From assembly GCA_905215625.1 (NCBI GenBank), contig CAJMQQ010000005.1, forward strand, positions 548-64,547: DNA of 64,000 nt, in the 5' to 3' direction. Made by a program: the position numbers and the translations under genes. How positions within the stretch are numbered: position 1 is the first letter of the stretch; the number at the start of each line of letters is the position of its first letter. Below, one piece after another: positions 26,516 through 36,302 of this stretch. The DNA is from an uncultured bacterium. Its GTDB lineage: Bacteria > Bacillota > Clostridia > Lachnospirales > Lachnospiraceae. A model generated the notes under the pieces. That model saw only the letters and a program-made list of their open reading frames with translations. It was not told the DNA's origin and did no database searches.

Positions 26516-28672
26516 ATGAAATATGTAAAAAAGCAGAGTGGTTTTGCATGGGCGGCAATCATATCCGTATTTTTTATTGTAATCGGCTTTTTTGGAAATA
26601 CAATGGTATTAAATGATAAAATGGAAGATTTGGAAAAGCAGTATATTGTTAATAACAATGAGCAGTTATCAAATCATATTTCCGTTCAATTAGAGTCAGG
26701 ACAGGAATTTGTCACAGATTTTGCAGATTCTTTGAGCCGTATGCCAGAATTTCTTCTGACAGAAGAACTGCTTGAGAGAAAAGCGGATGTAATGGAACTG
26801 TATAATCTGGTTGTACTCACAAAAACAGCAGATAACCGTCTGGAAATTTTAGGAGATGGTTCTGAATTGACCCAGTGGATAGAGGAAAATCCGGAAATCT
26901 GGACGGAACCGATGGTGTCGTTTCTGGAAGAAAAGAGTATTCTTTTCTCTGCACCAGTCTGGAAAAATGGGCAGGCAGAGAGCGTAGTAATTGGAGCTCA
27001 GAGCTATCGGGAACTCCATTCCTTGGTTAAAAAATCGGATAATTGGAAAACAGGAATCCGCATCTTACTGGATCCGGAAAAAGAAGAAATCCTGATGCTG
27101 GAACAGGGAGTTAATTCCATTATTCAGAGACAGGAGATTCCAGAATTATTAGAAGAACTGAAAAAAACAGATTATAAAAGAAATATTAAAATTGGCAAAA
27201 AATTTGCCTGTGCCCAGCCGGTTGAACAGACGGAATGGATCCAGATTTCATTAATTCATCTCGATAATCTGATGCGTCAGATGTCCAGATATATCCGGAT
27301 TTATTTGGGACTGATTCTGGCAGAACTTGTGATTCTGGCTGCGTGTATTTACTTCTTAAAAAGGAATGCAGAGAAGAGAGAGCAGATATTTTTAAAAGAT
27401 CCATTAACGGGCGGCTATAACCGGGTCGGCTTTTTGAAGCTTGGAAATTCGTACATGAATAAAAATAATCGGGAAAACTATGCCATTGTCTGCCTGAATG
27501 TCTGTAATTTCCGGTATATTAACGAATTGTGGGGAGAAGAAGCAGGAAACAGAACCCTGAAGTTCATTTACAGCATCGTGTCTGGAAAGCTAAGACAGGG
27601 CGAGCTGGTATGCCGGAGCAATATGGACCATTTTATGGTGCTTTTAAAAGAAAATTCGGATCCGTGCATTGCAGAACGGGTAGCAGATATGATTGGAATG
27701 ATGAACGATACCATTCGCCAGACCTTTGGCCGTTACACTCTGAATTTTACCATTGGGTGCTGCAGGATGGACACATCTAAGGAGATGTCTTTGGCTCTTA
27801 GCAATGCATCTTATGCAGAAAAGCAGAATACGAGAACAAATGTCTGTGAATTTTATAATGAAGAGACTCAAAGAAAAATAGATGAAGAAATTCAGCTGAA
27901 TCATCGGTTTGAAGAAGCTATAAAAAATCAGGAATTTAAAATTTACCTTCAGCCCAAGGCCGCCATATCACGCAGGGAAATCTGTCAGGCAGAAGCTCTG
28001 GTTCGCTGGCTGCATCCTGAGCGGGGACTGATTCAGCCTGCCCAGTTCATCCCGTTATTTGAAAAAAGTGAGAAAATCTGTACGTTGGATTTATATGTGT
28101 TTGAAGAAGTCTGCCGTCTGGTTTCCCGATGGATCCATGAGAAGAAAAATGTATCCAGAATTTCTGTAAATATCTCCCGTTTTCATTTAAAAAGCGTTGG
28201 AGTGAATGTTTGGAAAAAGTACAAGGAGATAAAAGAACGGTATCAGATTCCAGATGGAATCATTGAAATTGAACTGACAGAGACTGTTTTTATGGATGTA
28301 AACCAGACAGCGATGGTCAATGAAATCTTAAATAACTTTCGGGCCTGTGGATTTCGGGTGGCATTAGATGATTTTGGAGTAGCATATTCCAGTCTTTCTT
28401 TACTAAAGGAGTTTGAGATTGATACATTAAAGCTGGATAGAACCTTTTTTATGAATGAAAGTGAAAAATCCAGAAAGATCGTGAAAACGATTATCGGCCT
28501 TGCCCATAGTTTACAGATTTGTGTGGTAGCAGAAGGGATTGAAGACAAAGAACAGGTTGCAGCATTGCAGGAAATGGGATGCGATCTGATTCAGGGATAT
28601 GTATATTCCAAACCAGTAACAGTAGGTGAATTTGAAATATGGAGGGATGAGTATGGAAAAGAGCAGTATTAA
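26516..28672 (+). CDS. Membrane sensor with degenerate GGDEF and intact EAL domains (predicted c-di-GMP phosphodiesterase)
   Basis: Two TM helices flank a periplasmic-type sensor region. The GGDEF position reads NMDHF (27620-27634). The EAL domain has EALVRW, DDFG, EGIE and QGY motifs. Confidence 0.85.
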   Translation: MKYVKKQSGFAWAAIISVFFIVIGFFGNTMVLNDKMEDLEKQYIVNNNEQLSNHISVQLESGQEFVTDFADSLSRMPEFLLTEELLERKADVMELYNLVVLTKTADNRLEILGDGSELTQWIEENPEIWTEPMVSFLEEKSILFSAPVWKNGQAESVVIGAQSYRELHSLVKKSDNWKTGIRILLDPEKEEILMLEQGVNSIIQRQEIPELLEELKKTDYKRNIKIGKKFACAQPVEQTEWIQISLIHLDNLMRQMSRYIRIYLGLILAELVILAACIYFLKRNAEKREQIFLKDPLTGGYNRVGFLKLGNSYMNKNNRENYAIVCLNVCNFRYINELWGEEAGNRTLKFIYSIVSGKLRQGELVCRSNMDHFMVLLKENSDPCIAERVADMIGMMNDTIRQTFGRYTLNFTIGCCRMDTSKEMSLALSNASYAEKQNTRTNVCEFYNEETQRKIDEEIQLNHRFEEAIKNQEFKIYLQPKAAISRREICQAEALVRWLHPERGLIQPAQFIPLFEKSEKICTLDLYVFEEVCRLVSRWIHEKKNVSRISVNISRFHLKSVGVNVWKKYKEIKERYQIPDGIIEIELTETVFMDVNQTAMVNEILNNFRACGFRVALDDFGVAYSSLSLLKEFEIDTLKLDRTFFMNESEKSRKIVKTIIGLAHSLQICVVAEGIEDKEQVAALQEMGCDLIQGYVYSKPVTVGEFEIWRDEYGKEQY

Positions 28673-30642
28673 ACAGACCCTTCCCAGAATGGCAAAAATT
28701 ATGACGCTGGTTTTGATTATTTTGATTCTTCCTGTTAATATCTGGCTGCAGCTTTCTATGCAGCATAAAGGACAGAGGGAAAGCTCCTATGAAGTGTTCA
28801 GCCAGCTAAAACAGCTGATCGAGATTAACGAATGGGATTTAGAACAGACCAGGCAGGAATTTTCTCAAAAGTGTATCCAATCAGCCGAAATGGCAGCTTA
28901 TTTTGTAGAGCATTATCCATCTGTGAAATCCAATCTGGAGCATACCAGGGAACTGGCTGAAAAATTGGATGTAGAAGAACTCCATTACTTTACTCCAGAG
29001 GGAGAGATTTATTTCGGAACCCATCCGGAATACTATGGATATACATTTCATTCTGGAGAACAGATGGAATTTTTCCTGCCGATGCTGGAAGACCATTCCA
29101 TGAAGCTTTGCCAGGATATTACGCCGAATACTGCAGAAAACAAAGAAATGCAGTATGCGGCAGTCTGGCTGGAAGACGGCAGCGGAATTGTGCAGATTGG
29201 CGTGGAGCCAGAAAGACTCCTCAAAGAAATCCAGGAAAGATCTCTGACCAAATTGATTTCTGCGTTTCCTTTGGGTCTGCAGGGCTCTCTTCACATTGTA
29301 GATCGGGACTTGCAGCAGATTATTGCATCTACAGAGAAAGAACGGGTGGGAATGGATGTCAGCGATGGATTTAAAAATCAAGTGAAAGATTTGTCGCCCG
29401 ATGGATTCCATTATCAAATAGAGGGGGAATTATACTGCGTTTACAAGGAGGACTATGGAAAATATATTCTGCTTCGCACTTATAATTCCAAATACCCTTT
29501 GAAGGAAACCATAACATCCACGCTGTTTGTGCTGATTTATATTTTCGCTGCTGCGACAATTGTAATCGGACTGATTACCTGGTATGTAAACAAAAAACTG
29601 TCCGACAATCTGAGAAAGATTGTAGATGGTCTGAAAAAAATTGAAAATGGCAATCTGGAGAGTATTACGCTAAAAACCGGAATTAGTGAATTTGATGATT
29701 TGATTTTTTACATCAATCAATTAATGAAGAGTATCCGGTTAAACTGGAGTAAATTATCCTATGTGATTGACAAGGGGCGTCTCCCGATTGGTATTTTCGA
29801 GTACAATACCTTTTACAAAAAAGCGTTTGTAAATGAACGTCTGCTGAACATTCTGGGAATCGAATATTCGGAAACAGAACCCTGGGAAGAAACCGTAAAA
29901 AATGTAAAAAAGCTATTAGAAGAAACGTATGAACAGATAAATGGAAAGCAGGAGGATGCCTGCGAATATAATAAGAACGGCAAAATCGTGTATCTTCGTA
30001 TCGAAAAAATTACAGATGAACAGAGTATTACCTATTATGTTACGGATATTTCTCTCTGGTGGGAAGAGATCCATATGCTGAGAGAGCAGAATAACAGGGA
30101 TGTTCTGACCAGTCTGTATAACCGGAGAGGATTTAATGAGCAGCTGGAAGAACTGTTTGCAGAACCAGGCCTAAACTATGGCATGATGATTATGCTGGAT
30201 GCAGACGGACTAAAAAGGATTAATGATATTTACGGCCACATTGCCGGAGACGAGTATTTGAAAGAGATTGCAGGGGTAATAACAGAAGCTGTCGGCGAAA
30301 ATGCAGTCTGTGCAAGGCTTGGAGGAGATGAATTTGCAGTATTCCTTTATCACTATTCATCCTATCAGGCTGTGGAAGAATCTGTTCCTGCAGGCATCGC
30401 TGCTGAATGGGAGGATTAAGGAAAAGCGAGGGCAGCCGTTTACCTCAAAAGAAGCGAAAGCTGGTGAAAAAATCGAATTTTCATTAGGCTGTGCATTTTA
30501 TCCTATGGATGGACAGGATTACCATCTTCTGATGCATCTTGCAGATGAAAATATGTATCAGGAAAAAAGAAACCGAAAAATAAGGGGGGGGGTACTGAAG
30601 AACAAGACGAACGTACTTGACATTCAGGAAAATGAGTGTTAA
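28653..30642 (+). pseudogene. Membrane sensor diguanylate cyclase (GGDEF) interrupted by a frameshift inside the GGDEF domain
   Basis: The main frame ends at 30419 shortly after the intact RLGGDEFAVFL (GGDEF at 30321-30335). The rest of the domain (...FSLGCAFYPMDGQDYHLLMHLADENMYQEKRNRK) continues in the +1 frame to 30642. Confidence 0.7.
30584..30592 (+). repeat. G9 homopolymer tract
   Basis: Nine consecutive G residues in the 3' tail of the frameshifted GGDEF reading frame, about 170 nt upstream of the next gene. Confidence 0.95.
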
Positions 30643-30645
30643 AAT
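30617..30645 (+). promoter_or_regulatory. Sigma-A-like promoter upstream of the MATE gene
   Basis: TTGACA (30617-30622), a 17-nt spacer, then TGtTAAAAT (-10 at 30640-30645, extended -10). Confidence 0.45.
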
Positions 30646-30763
30646 CCAGTAGCATTCAGTTAAAATAAATAAACCGCTTTTAAAAGGCTATAGATTTATA
30701 CCGTTTCTGATTTAAATGGTACACAATCTACAGCCTTTTTTTGATGAAAGGAGAAAAAAGATT

Positions 30764-32131
30764 ATGAACCAAAATGCCCAGGCGAATCCAATGGGAACAA
30801 GAAAAGTCTACCCATTGCTGATTACTATGTCGCTTCCGCCTATGATTTCTATGCTGATTCAGTCAATGTACAACGTAGTGGACAGTATTTTCGTAGCAAA
30901 GCTGGGAGAAGATGCCCTGACAGCCGTTTCGCTGGCATTTCCGATGCAGAATCTGGTACTGGCTCTGGCAGTAGGACTAGGCGTCGGCATGAATGCCAGC
31001 ATTGCCCGTAATCTGGGGGCAGGAAAGACAGCAGAAGCCAATTCCAGCGTTTCTCATGGAATGCTGTTAGCAGGGTTTCACTCTCTGCTGTTTGTGATTC
31101 TGGGACTGTTTTTTACCAGGCCATTTATCCAGATGTTTACCACAGACAGTCAGGTAATCCAGTGGGGAACGGATTACTGCCGTATTGTTATCTGCCTTGC
31201 TTTTGGAAGCATTTTTCACATTGCAATCGAAAAAGTCTTTCAGGCAGTAGGAAATATGGTGGTTCCGATGGTTCTTCAGGCAGTAGGAGCTGTTATTAAC
31301 ATCGTGCTGGATCCCATTTTTATTTTTGGTTATTTTGGAATCCCTGCAATGGGGGTACAGGGCGCGGCAATTGCGACGATTATCGGACAGATGAGCGCCT
31401 GCCTGTTAGCCGCTATCTGGCTGAGAAAAAGTCACCTTCCAGTAAAGGTAGATTGGAAAAATTTCCGTTTCTCAAAAGGAAAAGTAAAAGAACTTTATAT
31501 GATTGCCATTCCATCTGCTGTTGTAACTGCAGTGCCGTCTACTCTGGTCGGAATTTTAAATGGCCTGCTTATGCAGTTCTCCCAGACCGCAGTTGCGGTA
31601 TTCGGCGTTTATTTTAAGCTTCAGAGCTTTGTCAATATGCCGGCTTCCGGCCTGATTCAGGGAATGCGGCCAATTATCAGCTATAATTACGGAGCAGGAA
31701 ACAAAGAACGGATTCGTCAGGTAATGAAAGCTTCTTTAAACATTGTAGGTGCGATAATGGTAATCGGAATGCTGCTGTTTATCGGATTCGGTCGGCCGAT
31801 TATGGAGGTATTCAGCCAGGAAGAGGCGATGATTTCCATGGGAGTTTCAGCTTTGAAAATTATCAGTGTCAGCTTTGTATTTTCAACTTTTGCAGTTGTG
31901 CTTTCCGGTACCTTTGAGGCGTTTGGCCAGGGAATTTATTCCCTTCTTATTACTTTTTTGCGTCAGCTGGTATTTGTACCGGCCTTTGCATTCGGGTTAG
32001 CTGCCGCAATCGGTCTGGATGGAGTATGGCTGTCTTTTCCAGCAGCTGAACTTTTTGGCGCAGTCTGCGCATTCATCATTGGAAAGAAAGCTCTTTTTGA
32101 CCGGTTCCTTTCCAAAGAGAGTAAAAAATAA
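30764..32131 (+). CDS. MATE-family efflux transporter
   Basis: About 455 aa with 12 TM helices and ...LLITMSLPPMISMLIQSMYNVVDSIFVAKLGE. The ATG at 30764 is preceded by AAGGAG. Confidence 0.9.
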   Translation: MNQNAQANPMGTRKVYPLLITMSLPPMISMLIQSMYNVVDSIFVAKLGEDALTAVSLAFPMQNLVLALAVGLGVGMNASIARNLGAGKTAEANSSVSHGMLLAGFHSLLFVILGLFFTRPFIQMFTTDSQVIQWGTDYCRIVICLAFGSIFHIAIEKVFQAVGNMVVPMVLQAVGAVINIVLDPIFIFGYFGIPAMGVQGAAIATIIGQMSACLLAAIWLRKSHLPVKVDWKNFRFSKGKVKELYMIAIPSAVVTAVPSTLVGILNGLLMQFSQTAVAVFGVYFKLQSFVNMPASGLIQGMRPIISYNYGAGNKERIRQVMKASLNIVGAIMVIGMLLFIGFGRPIMEVFSQEEAMISMGVSALKIISVSFVFSTFAVVLSGTFEAFGQGIYSLLITFLRQLVFVPAFAFGLAAAIGLDGVWLSFPAAELFGAVCAFIIGKKALFDRFLSKESKK

Positions 32132-32238
32132 CAAGAAATATAGAAAATTATATATGTAAAAAGCCGGGATTTTGTGATAAATTTAGGAAGAAATGAAAAA
32201 ATGTTCTACAAATAATCCAAATACAGGGGGAAAGACCT

Positions 32239-33438
32239 ATGAGCAAATGGATCAAAATGGAAGATCTTGCAAACTATCCGGAAGCTAATGAAGCAGAGAT
32301 GAGAGAGGCAATGAAATTTGCCGTATCCCAGGTGGAGAAAAATCTTCCGGAATTTACCGACAAATTTCCTGGCGCAAACAGCTTTGGTAACTTTTATAAA
32401 CCAGGGGCAAATGTAAACTGGACGACAGGATTCTGGACCGGAGAAATCTGGCTGGCTTACGAAAATGCCGGGAATGAAGCCCAGAAAGAAGCATTCCGTA
32501 AGGCAGGAGACGCTCAGGTGACTTCTTTCATGGAGAGAATCCTCAATCACGTAGAAGTAGATCATCACGATATGGGATTCCTTTACAGTCCATCCTGTGT
32601 GGCAGCGTATAAGCTGACTGGTTCAAAAGAAGGAAAAGAAGCAGCTTTAAAAGCAGCCGATCAGTTAATCAGCCGTTTCCAGCCAGTAGGGGAATTTATC
32701 CAGGCATGGGGAACCATGGGGGCAAAAGATAACTACCGTTTTATTATTGACTGTCTGTTGAACTTACCGCTTCTTTACTGGGCAACAGAGGAAAGCGGCG
32801 ATCCAAAATACAGGGAGATTGCAGAAAAGCATATTCATACCGCCCTGGCAAATGTAATCCGCGAGGACGATTCTACCTGGCATACGTTCTTTATGAACCC
32901 AGAGACCGGAGCTCCAGATCATGGCGCAACCTGTCAAGGATATAAGGACGGATCTGCATGGGCAAGAGGACAGGCATGGGGCGTATACGGCACCGCTGTT
33001 GGCTACCGCTATACCGGAAGAAAAGAATATATTGGGTATTTCAAGAGAGTGACCAGATATTTCTTAGAGCATCTGCCGTCTGATTTATGTCCATATTGGG
33101 ACCTGACCTTTGGAGAAGGCGATGAAGAACCGAGAGATTCTTCTTCTGCAGTCATTGCAGCCTGCGGTATGCTGGAAATGAGCAAATATATGGAAGCAGA
33201 GGATGCGGCCTACTATACCTCTATTGCAAAGAAGCTAATAAAGGCAATGATTGATTCCTATGCAGTAAAAGACAGCAAGGAGAGCAACGGGCAGCTGCTT
33301 CATGGAACGTATTCCAAAAAGACGCCATACAACACCTGCACTCCGGAAGGTGTAGACGAATGTGTAATCTGGGGAGATTACTTCTATATGGAAGCACTTC
33401 ACAGAGTTCTGACACCAGACTGGAAGATCTACTGGTAA
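32239..33438 (+). CDS. Glycoside hydrolase family 88 (unsaturated glucuronyl/chondroitin-disaccharide hydrolase-like), cytoplasmic
   Basis: 399 aa with WTTGFWTGEIWLAYE, HHDMGF and ...RGQAWGVYG... motifs typical of GH88. No signal peptide. Confidence 0.85.
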   Translation: MSKWIKMEDLANYPEANEAEMREAMKFAVSQVEKNLPEFTDKFPGANSFGNFYKPGANVNWTTGFWTGEIWLAYENAGNEAQKEAFRKAGDAQVTSFMERILNHVEVDHHDMGFLYSPSCVAAYKLTGSKEGKEAALKAADQLISRFQPVGEFIQAWGTMGAKDNYRFIIDCLLNLPLLYWATEESGDPKYREIAEKHIHTALANVIREDDSTWHTFFMNPETGAPDHGATCQGYKDGSAWARGQAWGVYGTAVGYRYTGRKEYIGYFKRVTRYFLEHLPSDLCPYWDLTFGEGDEEPRDSSSAVIAACGMLEMSKYMEAEDAAYYTSIAKKLIKAMIDSYAVKDSKESNGQLLHGTYSKKTPYNTCTPEGVDECVIWGDYFYMEALHRVLTPDWKIYW

Positions 33439-33450
33439 TGGAGGACAGCC

Positions 33451-35496
33451 ATGAAATTTGAACCGAAAAATTTGGATTATCAGTTGAGCCCATATACCGG
33501 ACTTACCAGAAAACATTGGATTGATGCAGATAAATATATGCTGGAGGGGATTTTCCAGCATATTAAGAGCATAGAGGATCCGGTAATCGTACCTCGTTAT
33601 GAGACCGAAATTACCTATCCCAATGCCCATACGCCGGCATGGAAAGTCCAGGCTGAGATTTTTGAAGGTCTGGCAAGAAGCTTCTTTTTAGCCGCTCCTT
33701 TAATCCATATTGAAAAAGATGTGAAAGTGGCGGGAATGCCTTTGAGGGAGTATTATAAAAAACAGATTTTAAAAGCTTGTACCCCAGGGGATCCCAATTA
33801 TGTACTGGGGTATGACGAAATGGTAGAGACCGAAGAGTCGAAGCAGACTTTAAATACCTATCAGCAGACGGTTGAGACCTGCGCATTGGTAATCTGCCTG
33901 TGGATGTGTAAAGAAGAGATCTGGGATACCTATACCAAAGAGGAAAAGGATGTGATTGCAGACTTCCTTACTCCATATGCCCACAAAAATACAGTGCCTC
34001 AGAACTGGCGTTTGTTTAATATGCTGGACTTGGCTTTCCTTCATATGAATGGTTATCCAATTGATAAGGACATTATGCGTCATCATGCCCAGGTAATTTT
34101 AAATTATTATACTGGAGACGGCTGGTATCGGGATGGTCATGCAATGGATTATTATTCTGCATGGGCGTTCCAGGTTTACGCTCCAATCTGGTGTCTGTGG
34201 TATGGTTATGAAAACGAGCCATATCTGGCTGCACAGTTTGAAAAAAATTCCAACAAGCTGATGGAAACCTATCCTCAGATGTTTGATGCGGACGGCTGGG
34301 TAAATATGTGGGGAAGAAGCAACATTTACCGGAATGCGGCAACATCCAGCTTTGACGGTAATTTGTTCCTGAAAAACCATACTGCAAACCCAGGACTTGC
34401 AAGAAGAATTTCTTCTGGAGCCCTGATGCAGTTCTTGGGCAGAGATGACTTGATGTATGAGGGAGTGCCGACTCTGGGATTTTACAAATCCTTCCTTCCA
34501 TTGGTGCAGGGATATAGCTGTGCGGAGAGCCCGTTCTGGCTGGCAAAAGCTTTTATGTGCCTTCATCTGCCGGAAGATCATCCATTCTGGACAGCAAAAG
34601 AGGAAAACGGCGTCTGGGATGAGATGAAAGAAGGAGAGACTGCCGAGACAGTATTAAACGGCCCTGGTCTTTGTATGGCCAATCATAAGGATAATGGGAC
34701 TACAGAACTGCGCACTGGAAAGGTCATCCGGAAGCGGGATGACAACAACGGCCTGTGCTGCTATGCAAAATTAAGCTATAGTACCAAATATCCATGGGAA
34801 GCCAGTCTGGAAGGACACCAGGAATCCCAGATGTATGTGATCCATGATACTGCTTTTGATTTTGACAGACGTCCAAACGCTTTGCTGTGGCATGGCAGCA
34901 GGGACGGCGTGCTGTATAGAAGAAATTTCTTCCATTATGACAATGAAGAAGAATGTCACTGGATGCACGTGATGGATCTGGCTGATTTTCCAGTAGCCGA
35001 AGGTCTGGTTCGTGTGGATAAATTCCGTACCTATAAAGCAGGACTTACCATTTCATTAGGTTCCTACGGATTTCCGGATATGGGAGACGTAACAGTACGG
35101 GAACTGGAAAAAGACGGAGCAAAAGCAGTTCTTTTAAAAGGCCATGATTCTCAGGGAAGAGAAAAACAGATGGCAATGACCGTATTTGCCGGATGGGAAA
35201 CTATTCGGGTTGTGTCCAGCAAAGATACAAATCCAGATTCTGAAAACAGCCTGGTAATTGTGGCTGAGGCCTCCAGAAATGAGCTGTACGCATATGAACC
35301 ATTTGTATTTATCAGTCAGGTTCTTACCAGAGAAAGTTTTGAAGAATTTACAGAAGATGAACTTTTCAGTATTCAGAAGATTTCTTATACCGATCCGGAA
35401 AATTGCGGCGGTTACGGTCCTATAACCCTGGAAATGAAGGATGGAAGAAACATGACCGTAGACTATGCGGAAATGGAAGGAAACTTACAGATTTAA
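33451..35496 (+). CDS. DUF2264-like large protein (putative glycan-processing enzyme)
   Basis: 681 aa immediately downstream of the GH88 gene (12-nt gap). The N-terminus ...SPYTGLTRKHWIDA... and overall size fit what I recall of DUF2264 proteins. No signal peptide. Confidence 0.6.
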   Translation: MKFEPKNLDYQLSPYTGLTRKHWIDADKYMLEGIFQHIKSIEDPVIVPRYETEITYPNAHTPAWKVQAEIFEGLARSFFLAAPLIHIEKDVKVAGMPLREYYKKQILKACTPGDPNYVLGYDEMVETEESKQTLNTYQQTVETCALVICLWMCKEEIWDTYTKEEKDVIADFLTPYAHKNTVPQNWRLFNMLDLAFLHMNGYPIDKDIMRHHAQVILNYYTGDGWYRDGHAMDYYSAWAFQVYAPIWCLWYGYENEPYLAAQFEKNSNKLMETYPQMFDADGWVNMWGRSNIYRNAATSSFDGNLFLKNHTANPGLARRISSGALMQFLGRDDLMYEGVPTLGFYKSFLPLVQGYSCAESPFWLAKAFMCLHLPEDHPFWTAKEENGVWDEMKEGETAETVLNGPGLCMANHKDNGTTELRTGKVIRKRDDNNGLCCYAKLSYSTKYPWEASLEGHQESQMYVIHDTAFDFDRRPNALLWHGSRDGVLYRRNFFHYDNEEECHWMHVMDLADFPVAEGLVRVDKFRTYKAGLTISLGSYGFPDMGDVTVRELEKDGAKAVLLKGHDSQGREKQMAMTVFAGWETIRVVSSKDTNPDSENSLVIVAEASRNELYAYEPFVFISQVLTRESFEEFTEDELFSIQKISYTDPENCGGYGPITLEMKDGRNMTVDYAEMEGNLQI

Positions 35497-35506
35497 AAGT
35501 TTTTAC

Positions 35507-35552
35507 AATCGGGGATGTCAGGCGGGATGAAACCGCAGGCATCCCCGATTTT
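35507..35552 (+). terminator. Rho-independent terminator after the GH88/DUF2264 pair
   Basis: Arms AATCGGGGATG / CATCCCCGATT followed by TT. Confidence 0.7.
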
Positions 35553-35737
35553 GCGCTGTCAGTCATTCAGAAAAGCTGCCAGCGAAGGTTTTCCTGATAC
35601 CTAAAGTTTAGTACTGGAAGGGGAAGGTAACAAGATCCAATCGAACGACACTTCTCGGCATTATAAAACTGCGGCCAAGCCATCTTGCGGCCATTATTCC
35701 GTTCTTGCATTTCACAAAAATTTCACAATTTCCTATA

Positions 35738-35766
35738 TTGAAATTTCAAAAGAATCAGATTATAAT
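35738..35766 (+). promoter_or_regulatory. Strong sigma-A-like promoter of the marR-ABC operon
   Basis: TTGAAA (35738-35743), a 17-nt spacer, then TATAAT (35761-35766). Confidence 0.5.
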
Positions 35767-35772
35767 ACTGAC

Positions 35773-35811
35773 GATTAACTAATTAATAGTTTTTGAATTA
35801 ATGATTAACTA
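35773..35811 (+). promoter_or_regulatory. Putative MarR operator (repeat pair just downstream of the -10)
   Basis: GATTAACTA + ATTAAT (35773-35787) and ATTAAT + GATTAACTA (35797-35811). They lie between the promoter and the marR RBS. Confidence 0.35.
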
Positions 35812-35831
35812 GTAGATAGAAAGGAGCAGTT

Positions 35832-36302
35832 ATGACAACCCCTTACAAAGATTCCAATCAGGGAGAGGAAGCGTCGGCCAGTCACCAGTGCATATGGAAG
35901 TATATGGAAATTGTAAAACTTCACCGCACAGTCCTGGAACGCCGGTTCAGCAATACTGGAGTATACCGGAGCCAGCACCAGATTCTGATGTATGTTGCGG
36001 ATCATCCCAATGCCTCCCAGAAGGAAATTGCAGAGCAGTACAAAGTATCGACAGCGGCAATTGCCGTTTCCTTGAAAAAATTGGAAAAAGGAGGCTATAT
36101 CCTTCGGGAGGTAGATGAAAAGGATAACCGGTATAATCAGATTGATTTGACGGAAAAAGGCCGGCAGATTGTGGATATCAGCCAGTCCATTTTTGGACAG
36201 GTGGAAAAAGAGATGTTTTCCGGATTTTCAGAAGAGGATTTCAGCAATCTGATGGGGTATTTAGAGCAGGTCAGGGAAAATCTGGAACGGATTTTAAAAT
36301 GA
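35832..36302 (+). CDS. MarR-family transcriptional regulator
   Basis: 156 aa with the winged-HTH region ...SQHQILMYVADHPNASQKEIAEQYKVSTAAIAVSLKKLEKGGYI... ATGA overlap with the downstream ABC gene. Confidence 0.9.
   Translation: MTTPYKDSNQGEEASASHQCIWKYMEIVKLHRTVLERRFSNTGVYRSQHQILMYVADHPNASQKEIAEQYKVSTAAIAVSLKKLEKGGYILREVDEKDNRYNQIDLTEKGRQIVDISQSIFGQVEKEMFSGFSEEDFSNLMGYLEQVRENLERILK

Noticed and set aside
30301-30642. Independent 113-aa gene downstream of the GGDEF sensor
   Set aside because: Its conserved part is the C-terminal third of a GGDEF domain, and it overlaps the upstream ORF. It is a frameshifted continuation, not a separate gene.
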